The notes beneath the pieces were generated by a model. The model did not search any database. It worked only from the letters and a program-made list of their open reading frames with translations, and was not told the DNA's origin. A stretch of DNA of 64,000 bases from Eledone cirrhosa (taxonomy: Eukaryota). Position 1 is the stretch's first letter. Each line of letters opens with the position of its first letter. Positions 1 to 11,939 of the stretch are shown piece after piece. The DNA is taken from assembly GCA_964016885.1 (NCBI GenBank), contig OZ024743.1, forward strand, positions 325,500,001-325,564,000, in the 5' to 3' direction. Position numbers and translations under genes: made by a program.

Positions 1-774
1 GTCAAACAAATAAAAAAATATGATTGAAAAATTTGTCTACATTGTTGGATTTCTGTGATCACCTTATGGACATGTGTTGGTAAATATTAATGTTTTTTAA
101 TAGATTCTGAAGAGATCAATAGAGCAGGAATGAGTATTTCTGTTGTGTTAATCAAAACTTTCACCAATCAATTAAATGATTTGATTTAATTTAAATCCTG
201 GTTATTTTTATTCATTTATAGATATCATAACTTAAGATATCATATGCAGGGTTGGATTTAGACCTTTGTGGGGGGAGGGGGCGTACTTCACGTTTAGCAG
301 GGTCTCCTTTTATACACAAAAAATTAAAATACACAGCAAAGCTCCCAATTTTACATATCAAAGTTGGCGCAAGTTATTGGAATTGAAACGTTACACACAG
401 GTATTAAATTAAAATATTCTAACTATCCTAAAACTAAAAGGCCCAGTTGAGGGCACTAATTAATTGCTATGGCCATCGCTGGTGGGGCTCCCCACTGCAA
501 TGAGCCAGAAGCAATTGCCCCTTTTGACACAACCCCCCCCCCCCCCCTCTGATCATACATAACATATATAATATGCATGAGGATTATGTTTCTCAGTAGA
601 AAAGCTAAGACTTTTCCACCTTAAAGTATGTACTTTTTCCTAAATATTATATGCTTTATATATATGCACAAAATACTACGTGTTTCTCAAACGATATATG
701 GCTCTTTCTCTCTCTATATATCTTTATATATGTATATAAGAAGACACAGTTCTATTTTTTCATACAATAAATTA

Positions 775-1167
775 AATAATTGTTTCTACTTTTGGCACAA
801 AGCCAGCAAAAACCCAGTGCATAACTGGTACTTTATTTTATCGACCCCGTAAGGATGAAAGGCAAAGTTAACCTCGGCAGGATTTGAACTCAGACTATAA
901 AGGGACGTAACCATTCTAGAAAGCATGGCGTCCAACCCTCTACCGATACTGCCAATTCACCGCCCTATATATTAAATAATTGTTTCTACTATTGGCACAA
1001 GGCCAGCAATTACCCAGTACATTACTGGTACTTTATTTTATCGACCTCGTAAGGATGAAAGGCAAAGTTAACCTCGGCGGGATTTGAACTCAGAATGGCA
1101 AGGGCCGTAACTCTATGCATCAAAGCAAGGCATCCGACCCTCTACCGATACTGCCAATTCACCGCCC
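775..1167 (-). mobile_element. Two tandem copies of tRNA-derived SINE family A; more at about 11205, 18405-18975, 23225, 31665 and 37140
   Basis: Minus strand A box TGGCAGTATCGG, B box GAGTTCAAATCC, core GCCTTTCATCCTTACGGGGTCGATAAAATAAAGTACCAG, tail GGCCTTGTGCCAAAAGTAGAAACAATT. Confidence 0.85.
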
Positions 1168-1324
1168 TATATATTAAATAATGATCATTGCACACATTTC
1201 AGGGATATCAGACAATTGTTAGGTAGATAGATACATAGATTGATTGATCTTGTTTTAATTGTCTGAACTTCATACATATATGTATGTTTTTATATGTATA
1301 TATATTAAAAACTGAAATATATGC

Positions 1325-2045
1325 TGCTCTCTTATTTTTTAAAAAATCTGGTTTCTAATATTAGTCGTAGGATTTCAAACATTTCATCCACTAAGGAGAT
1401 TATTGATAAGGCAGCACCGTACTTCAAGGCCTTTCTAGATTGTGGTTTCAAGGACAAAATTAGATACCTAAACAACCCACACTCAACAGCAATAAAAGCA
1501 AAAATAGAAATAGAAAAATAAGTTGGTACATCCCCCATGCTCTTAATATAAAGACTAATGGAGATAAGAAATTCTTAGATTTGATGAATAAGCATTTTCC
1601 CCTGCAATATAGATATGATAAAGTATTCAGTAAGCATTCTGTGAATCAAAGTTATTCCTGCAGTCCCTCCACAAGGTCGAAAATAACTGCTAAACAAAAA
1701 CTGATCCAGAATGCTCTTGTAGGATAATGGAAAATTCTCCCCAGCAGCAGAGTTGTGATATATAGTTTATTACATATGAGGCTGAGGTTACACCTTTCAC
1801 CACTAACCATGCAAAGAGCAGAGAAAGATATGTGGGAAAAGTACAAGATCATTTTAAACAACGATCCTACTCAACTGCCTCTTCCTTTAGGCAACTTGAA
1901 ATGAAGAACAGCATGGCTTTGGTGAAGTTAAAAGATAAAGGAGTCCCTTATTAAATAAAATGGAGAATGCTAAAGAAGTCCAGATCATACATCAATAAAA
2001 CAGACATGTGCCTCAGTAAAAAATTCGAGATTTTTCAGGGTTCAT
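1325..2045 (+). mobile_element. Highly degraded Penelope-like fragment
   Basis: ISRRISNISST..IIDKAAPY, followed by frameshifted KHFP..RYDKVF and SYSC motifs that parallel the other Penelope copies. Confidence 0.7.
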
Positions 2046-2994
2046 TTGACCCACATATATTTTGTTCATGTGTGTGCAACTTTGCTATATGTATATAACA
2101 AGACCCTGCTGTTTCTGTTTACCAAATTTCACTCACAAGGTATTATTCAACCAAAGACTTTAGTAAAAAACACTTGTCAAGTGTGTCGCACAGCAGGACA
2201 TAACCCCAAACCACTTTGTTGCGCAGAAATCACTTAGACATGCCTGCACATGAGATTTGTTATAATGAGATTGTTAACTAGTTGTTTATTTCATGACTTA
2301 ACCTTTCAATTACTATACTTCTAATGAAAGACATTACCTATGGTCAGTGTTGGATTTAGGACAAATGAGGCCCTGTGCTAGTTAAGTTATGAGGCCCCTT
2401 ACCCGTAAAAAATTCATCGTAAAAAGTTTTTTTGGCAGGGAGATGGGGCGCCCTAGCCAATGGGCTCTGTGCTTCAGCACAATGGTAAATCCAGCAATGC
2501 TTATGGTTATAAAATAATTTTGAATGTAATCAAGAATTTGTAGGGATTTAATAATATAACTAACTTTCTCATTATTAAGCTTAACAAAGGTTCTTACATA
2601 AAATTATGATGGAAAGTTTTGTGATAAATATAACTATTTTAAAATAAAAAGTTTTGTATTGTAGAACCAGGAGTGGTTTCAGTCTGTTTGGTATCAAACG
2701 ATTTAAGGAAAACAATATTACTTTTGTTGTTCTCTTAATGTAGAAATCTTTGATATGTGATATAGGAGGGCAAGTTCCCTTACAATACACACATACACGC
2801 ACACATACACACACATACATACATATACACACACAGACTTACATATGCATACACATACACACATAGACATACACATACACATTTGAAGTCTGTAAAGATA
2901 AGCTCTGCTTTAGTGAAGATGGGAGAGATCGCATTAAAATTGTTGTTATTGTATACTGTTGTATATAATGTATGTGTATGCATGTATCTCTCTC

Positions 2995-3077
<83 letters not shown>

Positions 3078-3689
3078 TCATCATCATCACTGTTTAACAT
3101 CCATCTTCTACGCTAACATATATATGTGTGTGCGTGCATCTGTATAAAGATGTGAGTGTGTATGTGTGTGTCTGTATACACTCTGCAAAGTGGTTGGTAT
3201 TAGGAAGGCCATCCAATTGTAGAAACTGTGTTAAACAAGGAGCAGAGAGGACCCTTCAGGTGTGTGGAGAACACAACAACTTCCCTAGTGCCGGTGCACT
3301 GATAAAATGCACTCAATACACTCTGTAAAGTGCTGGAATGAATATAAGCCTGATGTGGCTCCCAGCTTATCAAAGTACTGACTTTGTCTATGATGAAACA
3401 TACGACCCATGCTAGCATGAAGAAGCAGACATACAATGATGATGATGATATATGTATATTGGCCTTGCAATCGAAAGGTTGTGAGTTCAATTCTCAGACT
3501 GGGTGATGTGTTGTTTCCTTGAGCATCCAGCCGTGGAAAACCTGCCAGATAGTCCTATATGAGCGAGACACGGTCACCCGACCAATCTTGCCTCAAGTGG
3601 GACAATTCCTGTCTAACCCATGCTAGCGTGGAAGATAGACATTAAACAATGATGATGATGATGATTATATATATATATATATATATTGT

Positions 3690-4215
3690 TGTCGTTGTCA
3701 TTCTTGTTCCGTTTTTCCACATTCACATGGGTTGGACGGGTCCTTTTCAATACATCATCTCTCCACTCATCATGTTACTTCATTTGTCATCTCTATGAGT
3801 CTCAGCAATTTGAGATCAGCTCTCACCACCTCCACCCAGGTCTTCCTTGGTCTACCTCTACTATGGCTTCCTACTACTGGGATTTCCTGGCACTTCTTCA
3901 CCCAGTGATCATCATCCATGCACATCACATATCCATACCAATGCAGTCGTCTCTCTTGTACACCACTTCAGGTTCTTCTTAAACCCAGTTTCATACAGGC
4001 TCTGCCATTCTCTCACATTTACATTGTACATCCGATGAAACATGGTAACTTCATGTCTCTCCAGTCTACACATGTCCTCTGCAGTTACTGCCCATGTTTC
4101 ACTACCGTGCCACATCACACTTTGCAAACAGACGTCATACAGCCGTCCATTTGTATGTAGGGAGAAACCCTTTTGTTGTCAACAGTTGGAGTAGCTCTCT
4201 AAACTTCTTCCAATC
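3690..4215 (-). mobile_element. Degraded RTE LINE 3' fragment
   Basis: ORF 3912-4127 contains HGSETWAVTAEDMCRLERHE. Confidence 0.8.
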
Positions 4216-4228
4216 TTTCTCTCTCTAT

Positions 4229-4362
4229 ATATTCATTTTATTAAGGCTAAATAGTGAGTCTTGTTAGTCTGGAGTTTTGCCTGTTTGTCACAGGGTCATC
4301 AGGCAAACAGGCAAAACTCCAGAGTAACAAGACTCACTATTTAGGCTTAATAAAATGAATAT
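4229..4362. repeat. Fold-back hairpin at a pLTR relic
   Basis: About 58-bp arms, loop containing TCATCAG. Confidence 0.88.
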
Positions 4363-4438
4363 TAAAACTCTACTTTGGTATTGAGTACTCTTTTCTCTTA
4401 GCTGTCAATCACATATATATATATATATATATATATAA

Positions 4439-4508
<70 letters not shown>

Positions 4509-5211
4509 TTATTTAATTTCTTCTTTTTTTAAGCTGGTTGAGTGTGGTTTGAGAGATATTCAGCTCCTATTTCTAGCAGGATTAATGACCATTTAAAGGA
4601 GCCCCAATTGGTTTGGGTGGGTTTATACTTCACATGGTTAAATGGGTGGATGGTGGGGTACTGGAAGTTGTTTATGGTCATGTGTTGTTGATCTTTTACA
4701 ACCTTTAGATGAAAGTCGGTACATTGATTTGAAAAACGAATAAACACTTTCCTACAAATGATTTATAAGCTATGCAAATCACAAAAATACATTTGCATGT
4801 AAAGTGTGTATGTGTACGAATGTATGTGTGTGTGTGTATGTGTGTATGTATGTATGTATATGTGTGTGTATGTATGTATATGTGTGTGTATGTATGTATG
4901 TGTCTATGTATGTGTGTGTATATATATGTATGTGTGTATGTATGTATATATGTGTGTATGTATGTGTGTATGTGTGTGTATGTATGTATGTATGTATGTG
5001 CATGTATATATATATATATATGTATGTGTGCATATGTATGCCCGTGTCTGTGTGTATGTATGCATATATGTATGTATGTTTATATGTGCATGTATGTATG
5101 TATGTTTTCTTCTCTTTCTCTTAATTTTGACTATATTTTTAACCATCCTCCTTTTTGGTGGCAAGGTTGTAATGTAAAAGAAATTTTCATCATCCTCTAT
5201 ATCTATATATA

Positions 5212-7925
5212 TGTTTCTCTTTCTCTTAATTTCGAGTACGTTTTTGACTGGCCACCCTCCTGGTGGCAAGGTTTTAAAAGAAGAGAAATTGTCATCCTTT
5301 GAATCGCAAGAATGTTTTGCAAATTTTGAAGGTGCCACCTATCGCAGCCATTTGTAGTCTATGAATTTGGGAGCTGTGTTCTTTGTCCTCAAATCTAAGT
5401 TCAGTTATACTTTGGTCCAAGTGGGTTGGTATATAACCTGTAGCTCCAATAATGATGGGTATGAAGCTGAAGGTGTATCTTAGATACTGGATCTGCAAAC
5501 TCTTCATCAATGGTCCATAGATGTCCTTCTTCTCTTGTATTTTTCTTACAACGTTTACATCAAGTTGGGAAGCTGATATCTACAACAGAGCACGTTTTCA
5601 ATGTGTGGTCCCAAACAACAATATCAGGCCGGTTGTGCTTTAATTTGGTGGCAGTTTTTATTTTCAGGTTCCACCAGTATTCTTTAGTGCCATCTGTCTT
5701 AATATATTCCTTATCATTTGTTTTTAATTTTGTTTTCCTAAGCACGCTTCAGATGGTTCTAGCTATCACATCGTGTCTCATAAGAAGGTTGTAGCGAGAC
5801 GACATTCTTTCCCAGCTGGCAACAATGTGGCTAACATATTCGATCTTTGTTTTACAAAGTCTACATTTATTGTCGGCTGATGGCCCTCCTCTTTTGTGTA
5901 TACAGATATTTGGTAGGGATTTCTTGTTCCTGCATTGCATAGAGATATCCTTCATGCTCTTTGGATGATTTATCCCCTCTATGGTCTGTGTTTTTCGTCT
6001 CAGATACCTATGCACAACTTTCTCTGTAAATTGGTCTATTTTTTTATTCTGTTTGAACATTGAATAGGATCTTCCAATTTCCCTGGGAGAGAGATTAATA
6101 CCAGGCCTTATTCCATATCTCTCCTCCAGATCAGTGGATATCCTAATGATATTATTTCCTTCATGTTCATAGACATGGCCAAGATGATTGCTGACCTTTT
6201 TCTTCTGCTGAAGATGTTGCTTCAGTGTTACTACATGGGTCTCGTATGATGTTAATATGGATTTTAAACCCTGGCCACCTTTCTTGTGTGAGAAGTATCG
6301 CCTATCCACATCACCATTGGTGTTAAAGTTTCCAGTAACACTGAGGAGCTTGCGAGTTCTTACATCCATCTCACTTAGTTCAGCAAGCCAAATGTTGGCA
6401 TTAGGATTGGCACAGCATAAGTATTGTGAGCAATGTATTTGTTGTACGCTGATAGTTCTGATGACCATATTTTCTTTACTCTCCGGAGGTATTCAGTTCT
6501 GGTTCTCTCCTTATTTATGGGTCCATCATATCTGACATTCTCATCCTGTCCAAGATCTGTAGTTGTCACCTGACTGTAGAGGTTGTATTGTTAAGTCATT
6601 CATCTCTAGATTCCCCAGAGGAGAGCACAACCCTTCCGAGTTTTACTGTCAAATATGCACATTTGGACTCACCAAATTTCATTCTGATATCTGCAGAAAG
6701 TTGTGTAATGAGGTTCAATTGTTTTTTAATATAGTTGATATTTGGTCCATACAACTTCAGATCATCAACAAAGAAAAGATGGGAGATACCTCTGGACCCA
6801 CTTCCATGACCACTTTGTTTTGTGAGCAGGTATGTTAGTGGGTCAAGTGAGAGGACAAAGAGCAACACTGATAAGTTATCACTCTGAAAGATGCCTTTCA
6901 GGTAGTGTATTGTATCAGACTTAATTTGCTTCATTTCACCCCTAAGGATCAAATTGGTGTGCCAGTTCTTGGTCAGGCGTTCAACGGCAGCTACTAGTGG
7001 TTGTGGGACTTTGACTAACTGTAAAGCCTTAATAATCCACCCATGAGGTACACTATCAAAAACTTTCTGATAGTCAAGCCACACCACAGTCATGTTCCTG
7101 CAATTCTTTGCTGTTTTTTCCTGTATCATTTTATTTGTTAGTAGGTGATCTATGCAGCCCCACACGCCCTTCTTTCCACCAGCTTGCTCAGGTGTTATAA
7201 TGTTGTTGGTGGCATAATGATCCTGTAAGAACAGATTAAGGCACCCAGTGTATAATTTATACATGATGTTCTGGCAGTAATTTTTAGCAAGGGTGGTCTG
7301 GCTATTTTGGGGGGTGAGGAGAGTAGTGGCATTGGGGCAGTTCTTGTGTGCCTTTGATGGTTTCTCTAAACAGCCGTATGAGATCTTGCCGATAGAAGGT
7401 GAAATTCTTCAGCCAGTATCCTGTTATGAGGTCTGGGCTTGGTGATTTCCTATTCAACATTTTCTGCAGAGCTGTTTCCAGTATTGACCCATCTATGTCA
7501 TATTGTTTTGTCTGGACATGCTAGCAGTATTCCTGTTCCAGTTCTATTAGCCATTTAGTTTGTTTGCTAAATCCGTCATTCATTTCCCATATAGATCTCC
7601 ATCAGCTCTCAACCCGTTCTTTTGTAGGGGTGTCATTTACAGAGATTGAGCTTTTCCCATTGAAGCTGCAATAAACTGATTTAGGATCTCTGGCAAATAA
7701 TCTATTTAGCACTTGCCGTTTATATGCTGTTGACTTATATTTTAGTCGTTCAGCAGCAGTTGTGAGTTGTTTCAACTGGTGTAGTTTGGAGTTTAGAATT
7801 TTAAATCTTGTATCTCCAAATCGCCTCTCTAGTTTTTTCTTACATCCTCCTAATGTCATGTGAAGTTGCTCTCTATGCTGCATTTTATAATTACAGTGAT
7901 CTGTATGATACTTCGTCTCAGGGAC
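5212..7925 (-). mobile_element. R4/Dong-clade non-LTR retrotransposon (RT plus restriction-like endonuclease), degraded
   Basis: WLDYQKVFDSVPH, GIFQSD.LS, SHLFFVDDLKLY, CRLC...HIVAS, RHD, NRPDIVVWD, DISFP, PIIIGATG. Confidence 0.9.
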
Positions 7926-8029
7926 AAAATTTTGTTTTTTAAATTATGCATCCACACTGGTTCAGGCTTTGTATGTATGTATGTAGGTATGCATGTATGT
8001 ATGTATATATGTATGTATATATGTATGTT

Positions 8030-8318
8030 AAGAGTGGTTACGAGAGTGGGACTGGCTTTGTGCAGTGCCTTTGCTCACTATAAAAGCTTCACGGCACAGG
8101 CATTGCTTTATATCTGGAGATCTCTCTGCACTTGTCATCACATGGTACCATGGGCCCAGAACTATGTGTCAATAAGTGTCACAAGTGTAGTGTTTGTACC
8201 AGAGTTTTCAAGTCGCTGGCTGGACTAAAAAGTCACACTCGTTCAGCGCATGGGTAGGGGTTCTCCTACATGGATATAAAGTAGTGGCCGTACTCGAAAA
8301 CGAGTTGGCAGCCACCAT
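8030..8318 (+). mobile_element. LINE 3' end with C2H2 finger (RTE-BovB-like)
   Basis: Plus frame reads HKCSVCTRVFKSLAGLKSHTRSAHG*. Confidence 0.55.
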
Positions 8319-8850
8319 GTATATGTGTATGTATAGAAAATAGGGATGTGGAAAAAGATGATGATGATACATATATACTAGTGTACTGTGCTATCAATAA
8401 TTATGGCAATAGTGCCAAACAGTTAATTTTTGGAGTTCCGGATTGGTATGCCATATGTATGAATGTGTGTATATATATATATATTCATTCATTTCATCAT
8501 TTTCATTTCATTTTTGCGTCCACTTTTTCTCTGCTTGCAAGGGTGGGACGGGAACTGATTTTGGCTTGATTTCTACAGCTGGATGCCCTTCCTAACACCA
8601 ACCCCATTTACAGTGAGTGCTGGGTGGTTTTTTGCCGTGGCACCTGCGCGACCACTTTGCAGTGGAATTATATGGACCCCAGTCCCTATCATCTCATTTC
8701 TGCAGCTGAGTAAACTGGAGCAATGTAAAAAAAAGTGTCTTGCTCAAGGAAACAACACATCACCCGGTCTGAGAATTGAACTCACAACCTTTCGATTGCG
8801 AGGCCAATGCTCTAAACACTAAGCCACGTGCCTCTATATATATATATATA

Positions 8851-8991
8851 TATTTAGCCTGCTAGTGGGGTTAAGAACCCCTGGAGAAATAGAAAAAGAT
8901 GAGTATTGATGTAGGTTCGACTCCCATGTACGTCAATACTCATCTTTTTCCATTTCTCCGAGGGTTCTTAACCCCACTAGCAGGCTAAATA
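8851..8991. repeat. Fold-back hairpin
   Basis: About 60-bp near-perfect arms; (TA)n on the left. Confidence 0.88.
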
Positions 8992-9104
8992 ATTTCTTTA
9001 ATTTCTTTAGTCAAAATACGGCGATAACTTACATTTCTAATAATTTCAAACCCACTCGCTGTTTCGAAAATATTCTTACTTGATATATATATATATTATT
9101 TTCA

Positions 9105-10143
9105 TCATCATTATCATCATCATCTCCATTTTATGTCCACTTTTCCATGCTTGCACAGGTTGGATAGGTGTTTTCCAACACACTTTCCCTCCACTCATCA
9201 ACTCATTCTTTCATCATCTCTGTGAGCTTTGGTAATTTGAGATCAGCCCTCACCACCTCTGACCAAGTGTTCCTTGATCTTACTTTACTGCAGCTTCCTT
9301 CTACTCTGATTTCTTGGCACTTCTTTTCCTAGCAACTATCATCAAACACATCACATATCCATACCAATGTATTGTACACTACATCTGTTCCTCTTATACC
9401 CAATTTTTCTCTGAGTTCATCCATGCTTTGTCATCGATACACATTAACATTGCACATCAATCAAACAATGATCCTTTATTTCTCTCCAGTCTTCACATAC
9501 CCTTTGCATTCACTGTCTATGTCTCACTACCATGCAACATCACACATCACACACAGGCATCACACAGTTGGCCTTTTGTTTGTCAACAAGAATAGCAGTT
9601 CCCTGAACTTTTTCTAACTTATTCTTATTCTAGCTAATATGCACTTAGAGCACCCTCCTCTACTGCTAATTATATCACCTAGGTAGCAGAAGCTTTCAAA
9701 CGCTATAGATCCTTCCTGGGATTGGAAAATGTTTTTTTTTTCAATAGCACTCTTACTAATAACTATCCCTGTGCATCTCCTACATATAAAATCTACTTTT
9801 TCTGTTGGTCTACTTGTTATCCCACTACACCTCTTGTGTATATCATATAGAGTTTCTGCCTATTCCTTTTCTTCATATTTAGCAAAGCAACTTCCCTGGT
9901 GAGATAAGAACCCTGTCTTCTTTCCTCCCTGATAAAACTTTGGTTTGTGCCAAGTTTACTCTGAGCTCTTTTGACTTAAACTTATGTTTCCATGGTTGGA
10001 ATTTCTTCTCTAGTTCTTTCGCAGATTCAGTTATAAGAATCAGATCATCAGCTTACAGAAGTTCCAATGAACAACCAGTCTTAAACTCCTCTGTTATGGC
10101 CTGGAGAACTATAATTAAAAGACATGGGCTGAGGATTGAGCTC
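9105..10143 (-). mobile_element. Degraded RTE LINE fragment
   Basis: Antisense text parallels the 15.0-15.6 kb RT C-terminus (ADDL, FCYLGD); (GAT)n tail. Confidence 0.8.
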
Positions 10144-10191
10144 TGATGAATATATACATACACACGCACACACATATATATATACACACAC

Positions 10192-10239
<48 letters not shown>

Positions 10240-10329
10240 GCAGTGGTTTCAGGTGTTGTACAAGCAATGGTGGTGGTAATGGCAGTAGTAATGTTGCATT
10301 GTTAGTGATAATAATGGATGTATGTAGTT

Positions 10330-10402
10330 AGTGGTGGAGGTGTTGGAAAGGTGAGGTATAGATAGATAGTAGTAGTAGTAGTAGTGGTGGTGTTGTTGTT
10401 GT

Positions 10403-10441
<39 letters not shown>

Positions 10442-11100
10442 CGGTCGTGGCATTGTTGTTGTTGTTGTTGTTGTTGGTGGTGGTGTTATTGTTGTTGGTG
10501 GTAGTACTGGTGGTGGTGTTATTGTTGTTGGTGGTGGTGGTAGTAGTGGTGGTGGTGGTGGTGGTGGTGGTGGTACTGGTGGTGGTGTTATTGTTGTTGG
10601 TGGTGGTGGTGGTAGTGGTACTGGTGGTAGTGGTAGTGGTGGCGAGGGGGGGGGGGATGTTGGCAATGGTTGTTAGCAATGGTTGTTAGCAAGGTAATAA
10701 TGGTACACTGATAAAACCCAAATTTCCCAAGCCACCCACTCATATACCTCAAGCAGAACAGTGGAATGTCTTTCATGATAACTTAGGTCACTATGTAACA
10801 GGTCAGTTTAGTAGCATCTCAACTTGTTGTTGTCGTTATTGTTATTGCTATTGTTATTGTTATTCTTGTTATTGGTGGTGGTGTTGTTGTTGTTGTTGTT
10901 GGTGATGGTGCTATTGTTGGTGGTGGTGGTGGTGGTGGTGATGGTGTTATTGTTGGTGGTGGTGGTGGTGGTGACGGTGCTGTGTTGTTGGTGGTGGTGG
11001 TGGTGACGGTGTTGTTGTTGGTGTTGGTGGTGGTGATGGTGCTATTGTTGGTGGTGGTGGTGGTGGTGGTGATGGTGCTGTTGTTGTTATTGTTGTACGG
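10330..11100. repeat. (GTN)n trinucleotide low-complexity tracts
   Basis: GTA/GTG/GTT runs. Confidence 0.95.
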
Positions 11101-11939
11101 AATTATTGTTATTGTATATTAAATGATTTCATACATTGGCACAAAATCAAAACTTGTTTATGATCAATTGAATTCACTCCTGTATATAATTCTTTCTACT
11201 TTAGGCACAAGGCCAGCAATTACCCAGTGCATTACTGGTACTTTATTTTATCGATCCCCCCGTAAGGATGAAAGGCAAAGTCAACCTCGGCGGGATTTGA
11301 ACTCAGATCATAAAGGGACGTAACTATGTTAGAAACATGGCGTCCAACCCTCTACCAATACTGCCAATCCACCGATTGTATATACACTCCTGTATATAAT
11401 GGTACATTAAATAGGTCCGTGGTCCCAGAGTGCCATTATTAATTCGATTTTGAAAGAGCTGTGAGCAGAAGGCGTAGAAAACATGATGTATATATGTATA
11501 TCATCATCATCATCATCATCAACGTTTAACGTCCGTGTTCCACGCTTGCATGGGTTTGGACGGGTGTATTCCCACTTGAGGCAAGAGTGATCGTCTTGCT
11601 CGCATAGGACTGTCTGGCAGGTTTTCTACAGTTGGATGCCCTTCCTAACACCAACCACATTTACAGTGTGGGACTGGGAGGTTTTTACCGTGTTGCCTAC
11701 ACGGCCACATTACAGCGTGGACTGTGTGTTTTTTTGTCATGACACCTACACGATCTCATTTGTTTCGGCCTGGATGTTGTGGCACCAACATAACTTTACA
11801 TAGGAGGGGTGGTGTGGATGGGGTGTGGGTGGTGGGACGTGGGTGTATTTTGTTAGAGATGCCTACTGGCTGTAGTAGGTTTTACTATGTATTTAGTATA
11901 TATATATATATATTTATATATACATATATATATAGGCTC

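Noticed and set aside
100-150. Possible small plus-strand exon after ttttttaatag
   Set aside because: No convincing donor and no recognisable peptide.
2581-5338. Many YI/CV/HT-repeat ORFs here and at 44.1-44.8, 51.7, 55.2, 56.9 and 61.4-62.9 kb
   Set aside because: Dinucleotide and tetranucleotide microsatellite translations.
10302-11006. Thr/Pro/Val-rich mucin-like ORFs (also 56174-56647)
   Set aside because: Pure trinucleotide microsatellite, open in several frames, with no splice or domain support.
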